Part shown: piece after piece, positions 36,919 to 43,259 of the stretch
Layout of the letters: each line of letters opens with the position of its first letter
Position numbering within the stretch: position 1 is the stretch's first letter
Program-made: the position numbers and the translations under genes
Source: a virus
Lineage: Duplodnaviria > Caudoviricetes
Reading direction: 5' to 3' (one strand)
Virus record (IMG/VR): IMGVR_UViG_3300035670_000236
Location: 1-59,210 of that record
DNA: 59,210 bases
The notes under the pieces: generated by a model
Database searches by the model: none
The model's input: the letters and a program-made list of their open reading frames with translations, nothing else
What the model was told of the DNA's origin: nothing

Positions 36919-36994
36919 TGGAGCGGATGGTGGGAGTCGAACCCATCTATTGAGGTTTGGAAGACCGCCGTGTAACCACAAACACTTCACCCGC
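36919..36994 (-). tRNA. tRNA-Gly (TCC)
   Basis: Cloverleaf, TCCA. Confidence 0.88.
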
Positions 36995-37001
36995 ATATTA
37001 G

Positions 37002-37190
37002 TTAATCGTTATTAATCTTTTCTTTATCTTCAGGTAACATATTGCCTTGAAGAACTTCTCCATCTTCGTTTGTTTTTTCTTTGTCTAAATCACGACCAAA
37101 GATTGCATCCCATCGTCTTTCATACTCATCTTGAGTAACGCTAAAAGGTCTAGGAGAACTTCCTTTACCACCATGCCATTTATTGCCCAT
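37002..37190 (-). CDS. Small conserved phage protein (GGKGSSPRP...WDAIF)
   Basis: ORF with SD. Confidence 0.7.
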   Translation of the reverse strand: MGNKWHGGKGSSPRPFSVTQDEYERRWDAIFGRDLDKEKTNEDGEVLQGNMLPEDKEKINND

Positions 37191-37743
37191 TCAGAACTCC
37201 TACACTATGTTGAGGATTATTGGGAGAATGGGGAAGATCGAAAACAAATGTTATTCTATCTTCTTTACCATTGCTAAATGCCCAATGAGGTTTTTTGTTG
37301 TCGAACCAGAAAAACATTCCTGGTTTAATTTGTTTTGTTTCTCCACCTACGTTATACAAGTATTCTCCCTGTAAACATAGATGGTATCTGTCTCTAGTCA
37401 AATAATATGAACCATCATCAATATGTTCACCAACACTATCACCAACGTAAAGTCTGAAAAACGCAGCCCTTGAAGTTTGTTCGATGTTATAACTTCTCAA
37501 AAATTTATGTATCTCTGTATACTTATCATGCAAAGGTGTATTTCTTTGCAACTCAGAATTCTTAGGACTCATTTCAGGACTTGGAACTACTGCCATGACA
37601 AGAGGCATGAAGCCATATGGATTTGTTTCTCCTGCAATGTTTGGATACTCTTTAATTGCATTCCAATCATTAGGATTGTCCAATACTTGTTGAAGTATAT
37701 TTTTCACTTCAACATTGTCGTTGATGACAATAAAATTACTCAT
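37180..37743 (-). CDS. Asp/Asn beta-hydroxylase-like 2OG-Fe(II) oxygenase
   Basis: HID.G.YY..RDRYH, WFDNK.PH, RI..VFD. Confidence 0.85.
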   Translation of the reverse strand: MSNFIVINDNVEVKNILQQVLDNPNDWNAIKEYPNIAGETNPYGFMPLVMAVVPSPEMSPKNSELQRNTPLHDKYTEIHKFLRSYNIEQTSRAAFFRLYVGDSVGEHIDDGSYYLTRDRYHLCLQGEYLYNVGGETKQIKPGMFFWFDNKKPHWAFSNGKEDRITFVFDLPHSPNNPQHSVGVLNGQ

Positions 37744-38402
37744 CGTGGATACTCCAATAATTCCATATCACTCATGTCTTGATAGTTATATCTATCATAG
37801 TAATCATGATTTGACATTCCAATTGGCATAGCATTCATAGCAACAACAATACGATAAGAGCAATGTGTTGGTGAAGTTGAATGAGTAGCCCAAGCAGGAA
37901 ACATCACTAATGTTCCAGGCTTGAATTTAAATTCTTCTTGTGTTTTCAATAAAGGTTCTGAATCAAAATCATGCGGTGGTTGAATAACATATTTTTCGAT
38001 ATCGCTGTTATGAAATACTGTACCACTTGCTCCACCATCAGCATCGAAAAGATGAAATGATCCACCTAAAAAACTATTATGATGAGAATGTTTGTGATGA
38101 AATCCACCTTTACGTTGTCTTGTTGCCCACATGCTAGTGATACAACAATCCTTTTGATATCCCATCAGTTGCATTACACTCTCTGTGCATGAATGAAAAA
38201 ACTCAGTCAATTTTGATACGTTCTTATCTTTATGTAGATTTGCTCTAGTAATTTGCAAACCATTCTTTTCTCTTTCAGAGAGATAAAGATGCTCCTGTGC
38301 AAAGTATCGAACAAGATATTCTTCATCTTGCTTGAAATCTGGATATTCAAATCTCCACACGGGAGTAAAAAACAATTTATGAAACTCTACAGGATTCAAC
38401 AT
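37740..38402 (-). CDS. Putative 2OG-Fe(II) oxygenase
   Basis: FFTPVW, HSHHNS, G.LVMFPAW..H, R..AMN; start trimmed because the track start lies in tRNA-Pro. Confidence 0.8.
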   Translation of the reverse strand: MLNPVEFHKLFFTPVWRFEYPDFKQDEEYLVRYFAQEHLYLSEREKNGLQITRANLHKDKNVSKLTEFFHSCTESVMQLMGYQKDCCITSMWATRQRKGGFHHKHSHHNSFLGGSFHLFDADGGASGTVFHNSDIEKYVIQPPHDFDSEPLLKTQEEFKFKPGTLVMFPAWATHSTSPTHCSYRIVVAMNAMPIGMSNHDYYDRYNYQDMSDMELLEYPR

Positions 38403-38421
38403 CACAAACTCCCTACGATAT

Positions 38422-38499
38422 TGGTCCGGGTGGAGAGATTCGAACTCCCGACCCTCTGCTCCCAAAGCAGATGCGCTAACCAGACTGCGCTACACCCGG
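38422..38499 (-). tRNA. tRNA-Pro (TGG)
   Basis: Cloverleaf, CCA. Confidence 0.92.
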
Positions 38500-38506
38500 A
38501 ATGTTT

Positions 38507-38581
38507 TGGTGCATCGTGAGAGGATTGAACTCCCGACATTCGCCTTGTAAGGGCGCTACTCTACCGCTGAGTTAACGATGC
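38507..38581 (-). tRNA. tRNA-Val (TAC)
   Basis: Cloverleaf, CCA. Confidence 0.9.
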
Positions 38582-38589
38582 GAATTAAA

Positions 38590-38663
38590 TGGTGCCCCCA
38601 CACAGAATCGAACTGCGGATTGATGCTTACAAGGCAACTGTTATACCATTTAACTATGAGGGC
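38590..38663 (-). tRNA. tRNA-Thr (TGT)
   Basis: Cloverleaf, CCA. Confidence 0.9.
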
Positions 38664-38674
38664 ATTATCTTACT

Positions 38675-38703
38675 ATTATATATTCTTTAAAACTGAATGT
38701 CAA
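38675..38703 (-). promoter_or_regulatory. Internal sigma70 promoter in the tRNA cluster
   Basis: TTGACA...TATAAT. Confidence 0.7.
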
Positions 38704-38712
38704 GTAATTTTT

Positions 38713-38790
38713 TGGAGGTGCGAGTGAGATTCGAACTCACGATACAAGAGTTTTGCAGGCTCCGCCGTTTGACCGCTCCGGCATCGCACC
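38713..38790 (-). tRNA. tRNA-Cys (GCA)
   Basis: Cloverleaf, TCCA. Confidence 0.88.
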
Positions 38791-38797
38791 ATGTAAT

Positions 38798-38871
38798 TGG
38801 CAGAGGGTAAAGGAATCGAACCTTTGACAACGGAATCAAAATCCGTGGTTATACCATTTAACTAACCCCCA
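38798..38871 (-). tRNA. tRNA-Gln (TTG)
   Basis: Cloverleaf, GCCA. Confidence 0.9.
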
Positions 38872-38878
38872 ACAAATT

Positions 38879-38953
38879 TGGCACCCAATGAGAGAATCAA
38901 ACTCCCAACTCTTCGTTCGTAGCAAAGTGTGATATTCATTTCACCAATCGGGT
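38879..38953 (-). tRNA. tRNA-Arg (ACG), variant T-loop
   Basis: Cloverleaf with TTTGATT T-loop, CCA. Confidence 0.8.
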
Positions 38954-38960
38954 ATTATAT

Positions 38961-39077
38961 AACAGGATACGTTTTTAGTGATCTACCATTGATCTATTTT
39001 TCCCTAGTGGAAAAAGTTGGAGTCGAACCAACAACCTCTCGCTTAGAAGGCGAAATATTTTTTGCTGAATGTATCCT
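38961..39077 (-). ncRNA. Y-RNA-like CAGCAA element 4 containing a circularly permuted tRNA-Arg(TCT)
   Basis: AGGATAC-ATT-CAGCAA, anticodon arm, T-arm, loop-closed acceptor stem, D-arm, GTATCCT-GTT. Confidence 0.8.
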
Positions 39078-39082
39078 AAAAC

Positions 39083-39159
39083 TGGTGCCCAAGGCGGGAC
39101 TCGAACCCGCAAGATTTAGTTTCTAAGACTAACATGTATACCAATTCCATCACCTGGGC
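39083..39159 (-). tRNA. tRNA-Leu (TAG), short variable loop
   Basis: Cloverleaf, CCA. Confidence 0.88.
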
Positions 39160-39239
39160 TTATAAATTTCTTTTAAATGTAATGTATAGAAGAATCATGA
39201 TAACAAAAACTACGATTGCCCCATTTGATTTCTCCTTAA

Positions 39240-39435
39240 ATTATTACGGCTACGTTTTCTAGGTCGCCCCGTAATGAGTTGACCTCCCTGTCACCACGTT
39301 TATATTTTCCTGAGCCGTTATGGTTCGGCACAGCGGTTCGGACTCCCTAGAATGGGCACTCTTCTTTACGGTTCACCGCCCCCGACTCTATAACGCCGAG
39401 TAGGCGACACAAATCACGTTTTGTGCTGACGAGAC
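39240..39435 (-). ncRNA. Putative structured ncRNA, unknown family
   Basis: GC-rich spacer with no long ORF between tRNAs, several stems. Confidence 0.4.
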
Positions 39436-39510
39436 TGGTACCGGATATTGGGTTCGAACCAATGACTTATCGCTTATCAAGCGATTACTCTACCGCTGAG
39501 TTAATCCGGT
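39436..39510 (-). tRNA. tRNA-Ile (GAT)
   Basis: Cloverleaf, CCA. Confidence 0.9.
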
Positions 39511-39554
39511 GAAAATTTACTTTGTTATTTGTCGAAAATTTACTTTGTTATTTG
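39511..39554. repeat. 21-bp direct repeat x2
   Basis: gaaaatttactttgttatttg at 39511 and 39534. Confidence 0.9.
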
Positions 39555-39628
39555 GTGCCGCCTGTCGGAATCGAACCAACTTCATCGGATTTTCAGTCCG
39601 CTGCAATGACCACACTTGCTCAAGCGAC
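39553..39628 (-). tRNA. tRNA-Phe (GAA)
   Basis: Cloverleaf, CCA. Confidence 0.85.
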
Positions 39629-39629
39629 A

Positions 39630-39705
39630 TGGGGTGTTCTATGAGGATCGAACTCATACTTTCTCGGTCACAGCGAGAAGTGCAGACCACTACACTAAGA
39701 ACACC
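39630..39705 (-). tRNA. tRNA-His (GTG)
   Basis: G-1:C73, CCA. Confidence 0.9.
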
Positions 39706-39710
39706 ATAGT

Positions 39711-39785
39711 TGGTGGTGATAAGTGGTATCGATCCACTCTCCTCGGCTTATGAAACCGGTACGCATCCGTCTACGTCATATCACC
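39711..39785 (-). tRNA. tRNA-Met (CAT), variant T-loop
   Basis: Cloverleaf, ATCGATA T-loop, CCA. Confidence 0.75.
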
Positions 39786-39825
39786 GATAACCTTACATAT
39801 ATTGAAACAATCAACATATGTAAGG

Positions 39826-40043
39826 TGTCTTGCTACTAATCCTCATTAGCCCAAGACTGAGTGGTTACCCTGTCCATCTAGATAGTGATATAGTCCAATC
39901 TAGCGAAAACTGTGAATCTCTCAAGTCGCTTCTGAAATGAAGCCTTGGGGTAAACGGGGCTACCGTCACTTTCATCACTACCCTGCTCTTGTGGTTTGGC
40001 AATTACCCACTTTCGGTTTACCGACAAAGTGTAAACGGAGGAT
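39826..40043 (-). ncRNA. Putative structured ncRNA, unknown family
   Basis: Multi-hairpin spacer between tRNA-Asn and tRNA-Met. Confidence 0.4.
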
Positions 40044-40118
40044 TGGCTCCGGTGGCTGGGATCGAACCAACGACCAATTGATTAACAGTCAACTGCACTA
40101 CCGCTGTGCTACACCGGA
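40044..40118 (-). tRNA. tRNA-Asn (GTT)
   Basis: Cloverleaf, GCCA. Confidence 0.92.
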
Positions 40119-40126
40119 ATAAAAAT

Positions 40127-40185
40127 AACAGGATACGCTTTTTGCTTTATTTCCAGTAAAGTTTTTTAATTGCTGAAAGTATCCT
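40127..40185 (-). ncRNA. Y-RNA-like CAGCAA element 5 (displays Ser-GGA anticodon stem-loop)
   Basis: AGGATAC-TTT-CAGCAA...CTTTA-CTGGAAA-TAAAG...GTATCCT-GTT. Confidence 0.7.
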
Positions 40186-40190
40186 AAAAC

Positions 40191-40267
40191 TGGTTGCAGA
40201 GGCAGGATTCGAACCTGCGATTCTCGGCTTATGAGACCAAGCGGATAGACCTCTTCCATACTCTGCG
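40191..40267 (-). tRNA. tRNA-fMet-like (CAT)
   Basis: C1:A72 mismatch, CAT anticodon, CCA. Confidence 0.8.
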
Positions 40268-40274
40268 TCAAACT

Positions 40275-40350
40275 TGGCGGTCTTAGGGGGTAACGATCCC
40301 CACTCTTTTGGCGTGACAAGCCAACGTGCGTCCATGAACACTTTAAGACC
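40275..40350 (-). tRNA. tRNA-Asp (GTC), variant T-loop
   Basis: Cloverleaf, ATCGTTA T-loop, GCCA. Confidence 0.85.
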
Positions 40351-40354
40351 AAAT

Positions 40355-40443
40355 TGGTGGGGACTGAAGGAATTGAACCTAATCGCCGACCACTCTACAT
40401 ATTAAGGCAACGGATTTACAGTCCGCCGTAGAGAACAGCCCCC
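40355..40443 (-). tRNA. Non-canonical tRNA-Tyr (GTA) lacking a D-arm hairpin
   Basis: GGGGGCTG/CAGTCCCC-ACCA acceptor, GCGGA-CTGTAAA-TCCGT anticodon arm, TTCAATT T-loop. Confidence 0.7.
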
Positions 40444-40448
40444 AAAAC

Positions 40449-40581
40449 TACCATATAGAAACACTCTGACCAGTGCTTGAATCTGCGGTGACCCTACTCT
40501 TCACGGCTGGTCCTTGCATTGGTCGACATTGGCAAGTATTTCAGTTGTTCCGCTGTAGTCACACAGAATGTTTTTATATGG
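40449..40581 (-). other. Long stem enclosing a ~95-nt insert (processing stem or small RNA)
   Basis: CCATATAAAAACATTCTG...CAGAGTGTTTCTATATGG. Confidence 0.5.
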
Positions 40582-40653
40582 TAGGGGCACAGAGAATCGA
40601 ACTCTGATTAATAGGTTAAAAGCCTACTACTTTAGCCGTTAAGTTATACCCCC
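40579..40653 (-). tRNA. tRNA-Lys (TTT)
   Basis: Cloverleaf, CCA. Confidence 0.88.
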
Positions 40654-40775
40654 AAAGGTTTCTGCTTTTCTGCCTTTCGCAAAGCCTTATTAGACTTACG
40701 ATGGGCTCCCGCTTTTTTAAATAACGCTAAGATAACGAACGGGTTACGTTTCTTAGCGATCTGTTTTCGCTTCAT
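40644..40775 (-). CDS. Small highly basic peptide
   Basis: Hand translation MKRKQIAKKRNPFVILALFKKAGAHRKSNKALRKAEKQKPLGV*; AAGGAG SD. Confidence 0.65.
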   Translation of the reverse strand: MKRKQIAKKRNPFVILALFKKAGAHRKSNKALRKAEKQKPLGV

Positions 40776-40797
40776 CGCTTTCTCCTTAAAAAATGTT

Positions 40798-40872
40798 TGG
40801 TGGAAGGTAGGGGAATCGAACCCCTAACTATGCCTTGCAAGGGCATCACGTTCCCAATTACGCCAACCCCCC
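40798..40872 (-). tRNA. tRNA-Ala (TGC)
   Basis: G3:U70, CCA. Confidence 0.9.
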
Positions 40873-40875
40873 AAT

Positions 40876-41002
40876 ACCATTTGAAATGTCTACTGCACTA
40901 TTTGCTATGCTCATGCGGGATAGTCTAGAATTACCGCAATTATATACATAGTTACTCAGGCATGATCAAGCCCATGGCTTACAGTAGACATATCAAATGG
41001 TA
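40876..41002 (-). other. Long stem enclosing an ~85-nt insert
   Basis: ACCATTTGATATGTCTACTG...CAGTAGACATTTCAAATGGT. Confidence 0.5.
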
Positions 41003-41072
41003 CACGGTACGGGAATCGAACCCGTCTTTCCGCCTTGAAAGGGCAGCGTCCTAACCGATAGACGAACCGTGC
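40998..41072 (-). tRNA. tRNA-Glu (TTC)
   Basis: Cloverleaf, CCA. Confidence 0.9.
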
Positions 41073-41086
41073 AAATTGACAGACAA

Positions 41087-41118
41087 ATTTTTAAAGAGCG
41101 GTGACTGATTTCTCAGTC
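41087..41118 (-). promoter_or_regulatory. rrn-type boxB-like hairpin + boxA antitermination signal
   Basis: GACTGA-GAAA-TCAGTC, then GCTCTTTAAAAA. Confidence 0.7.
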
Positions 41119-41127
41119 TAGATGCGT

Positions 41128-41156
41128 ATCTTAACACGCATCCTGGTTGGTGTCAA
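41128..41156 (-). promoter_or_regulatory. Sigma70 promoter of the tRNA operon
   Basis: TTGACA-17-TAAGAT with TG extension and UP-like A tracts. Confidence 0.75.
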
Positions 41157-41203
41157 CAACTTTTTGAACTTTTTTCACTTCGTTGTTTTCGTGCAACACA
41201 AAG

Positions 41204-41232
41204 AAAAACCCCCTAGTTTTTAGGCTAGGGGG
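41204..41232 (-). terminator. Rho-independent terminator (attenuator candidate)
   Basis: CCCCCTAG-loop-CTAGGGGG-TTTTT. Confidence 0.8.
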
Positions 41233-41265
41233 CTTGTCTTTGTATTCTTTTGGACTTCTTGGTCC

Positions 41266-41394
41266 TCAGGTACAAGCCCCCATTCCAGGTGTGTGGCTAC
41301 CATTAATCGCATCCTCAAAGCGAGAAACGGCTTGCCAATTGCATGATGCTGGCATTCCTTTTCTATATGAGAGTTGCGATAATAGTTTCTTCAT
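41266..41394 (-). CDS. Putative leader peptide (42 aa)
   Basis: Hand translation MKKLLSQLSYRKGMPASCNWQAVSRFEDAINGSHTPGMGACT*; ATGA-coupled to the upstream gene. Confidence 0.5.
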   Translation of the reverse strand: MKKLLSQLSYRKGMPASCNWQAVSRFEDAINGSHTPGMGACT

Positions 41395-41672
41395 TGAATT
41401 TGTTCTTCCTTAAAAATATCTGACCACTTTGTCAGACGATTACGTTTGTTCATTTCTTCTTTGTGAACTCCAAAGTCATCCACTACATTTGTTTCTTTGA
41501 GTAGCGAAATCATACATTGAAGATCACCTAATTCTGCTTGAAGCCTTTGACGGTTTGTTTGACCATCATACACTTCATCAATTCCAAATCGAAAAATTTT
41601 GCTGATTGCTTGAATTACCTCAGCGCATTCTTCTTGTGTAATTCGGAGAATTTCTTTTTGTTGTTCATTCAT
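41391..41672 (-). CDS. MazG-like pyrophosphohydrolase
   Basis: QEECAEVIQAISKI.RFG...ELGDL. Confidence 0.8.
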   Translation of the reverse strand: MNEQQKEILRITQEECAEVIQAISKIFRFGIDEVYDGQTNRQRLQAELGDLQCMISLLKETNVVDDFGVHKEEMNKRNRLTKWSDIFKEEQIQ

Positions 41673-41720
41673 TATATATCCTTCTTACATGCAAAATTAT
41701 AGCACATCCAAAATATTTTT

Positions 41721-42032
41721 TCAAGTTTCTTGTATGAATTTTTTGACAAGAAAACTTTTCACTTCACTTGCATACTTAAACGATTGATTGAATCGTTTGC
41801 CTTTCATCATATACTGCACTTCAAGATTCTTCGGTGCCTTTACCAGAACTGCACCATAACAATCTTTTGATAACCCAAATGGTATCACATATGCATCACC
41901 TTTGTCAAGTTTTTGCTTGCGGTAACCATTTGCGCCTTTGATACGATCCAGCGCACCGAATCGAACTGTGTCTAGAATCTCAACAGCCATTGACTGCCGA
42001 GGACCCATACCATCAAGAAAAGTAATCATCAA
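41721..42032 (-). CDS. Hypothetical protein
   Basis: Coupled ORF. Confidence 0.65.
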   Translation of the reverse strand: MMITFLDGMGPRQSMAVEILDTVRFGALDRIKGANGYRKQKLDKGDAYVIPFGLSKDCYGAVLVKAPKNLEVQYMMKGKRFNQSFKYASEVKSFLVKKFIQET

Positions 42033-42721
42033 AAATACGCCAAAATAATTTTGTTGTCATTCGGATCGGCACAATAGTGACATTGTAAAGTAATCCTATG
42101 CTCACCAGGAAGGGTGAAAAACCCACCAATCTTGTGCGGCATAGTAGACTTCCACATGTTGAATTGTCCATAGTGATAATGCTTAACTAATTTGTTTCCT
42201 GCATTGTCTAGGTAATCCAGCCATGCGCCATTCTTTGGTTTCTCAATTAATAACAATACAGAATACACCGTGTTCATATCTACCTTAGGTCGATACATCA
42301 ATATGCTTCGATCCTGATGATAGTATGAAGGTGAATATTGTATTGGTACTTGACTGATATGAAATCCTGGAACAGTTAGACCATTATACAACTTAACCTG
42401 CTTACCTGTCAACTCCTCAATCTTCTTAAAAATTCTATCGTAAATCCATTTGAATTCTTTCAACAGAATTTTTTGTGTGCCGCGATTGATATCTTCTTCT
42501 TTCTTGTCATTTGATTCCATTTCATAGAGAGAATCGCCTAACGTGTAGAAAAAAGTTTTCTTTGCCGTAGAGTATCCAATTGCATCCTGTCCCGTTACCA
42601 TTGTCCATTTGTTACGCAACATCAGGACCGAACGGCGCAGATTCAGTCTTTCATTCTCAGTAAAAAAATCTTTCTCAGAATGGATCATCCATACCGCCGC
42701 CATAGTCTTCATCGGTACCAA
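42029..42721 (-). CDS. Putative 2OG-Fe(II) oxygenase-like protein (start uncertain)
   Basis: PGFHI, HQD, PHKI, RITLQ.H. Confidence 0.6.
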   Translation of the reverse strand: MVPMKTMAAVWMIHSEKDFFTENERLNLRRSVLMLRNKWTMVTGQDAIGYSTAKKTFFYTLGDSLYEMESNDKKEEDINRGTQKILLKEFKWIYDRIFKKIEELTGKQVKLYNGLTVPGFHISQVPIQYSPSYYHQDRSILMYRPKVDMNTVYSVLLLIEKPKNGAWLDYLDNAGNKLVKHYHYGQFNMWKSTMPHKIGGFFTLPGEHRITLQCHYCADPNDNKIILAYF

Positions 42722-42911
42722 ATCCAGCAGAGGCTAGAGCCGATGCATCATCACCGTCCATTGAATCATTATACTCAGAATCATCGAACCTGTCAAGGTA
42801 TTCGGCAATCCACTTTACTGGCATACCAGTTACATTTGCAATTGCAGTTACAGAATGTCCCGCAAAGTATAATTCTTCAATTTCAATTAGCAGGTCGCCC
42901 ATCTTACTCAT
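42675..42911 (-). CDS. Conserved acidic phage protein
   Basis: DGDDASALASAGFGTDEDYG. Confidence 0.7.
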   Translation of the reverse strand: MSKMGDLLIEIEELYFAGHSVTAIANVTGMPVKWIAEYLDRFDDSEYNDSMDGDDASALASAGFGTDEDYGGGMDDPF

Positions 42912-43249
42912 GCTACCATCCTCTCTTCAATCAAATCGGAATACTCCATGGTGGGTTCTTTGCAAGTTATAGAACCATCATACTCAAGTTGGCTCTTTTC
43001 GAACCACGACAAGTAATCATCGGACTCTATGGACCAATCGATAACATGCTCACGGAAATAATCGTCATCCCGTTCTACATCGGCAAGGCTAACGATAGCC
43101 TCATAGTCGGTGTTCAACGGAACATTCAGAACCTTATACTCGGACCCACCCTTTGCTTTCCAATATGCATCAGGACCAGTGCCAATGGAACCGTCTTCGT
43201 TCCATGCATAGTTTTCGTAAACTTGAGTGCGGATAACAAGCATAACCAT
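42908..43249 (-). CDS. Conserved phage protein (TQ..ENY...YWKAKGG)
   Basis: Motif, SD. Confidence 0.75.
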   Translation of the reverse strand: MVMLVIRTQVYENYAWNEDGSIGTGPDAYWKAKGGSEYKVLNVPLNTDYEAIVSLADVERDDDYFREHVIDWSIESDDYLSWFEKSQLEYDGSITCKEPTMEYSDLIEERMVA

Positions 43250-43259
43250 TACAGTCTCC

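Noticed and set aside
39511-39554. 21-bp duplication as an att site or target-site duplication
   Set aside because: Only 2 bp separate the copies, with no inserted element or integrase; simple tandem duplication
40896-40982. Hammerhead ribozyme in the stem insert (CTGAGTA)
   Set aside because: No matching CUGAUGA/GAAA core or three-stem junction found by eye
34085-41413. Several short track ORFs across the tRNA cluster (34085, 36565, 36647, 38929, 39509, 39937, 40098, 40147, 41183)
   Set aside because: They overlap tRNA or ncRNA genes or regulatory signals, mostly antisense, with no protein motifs
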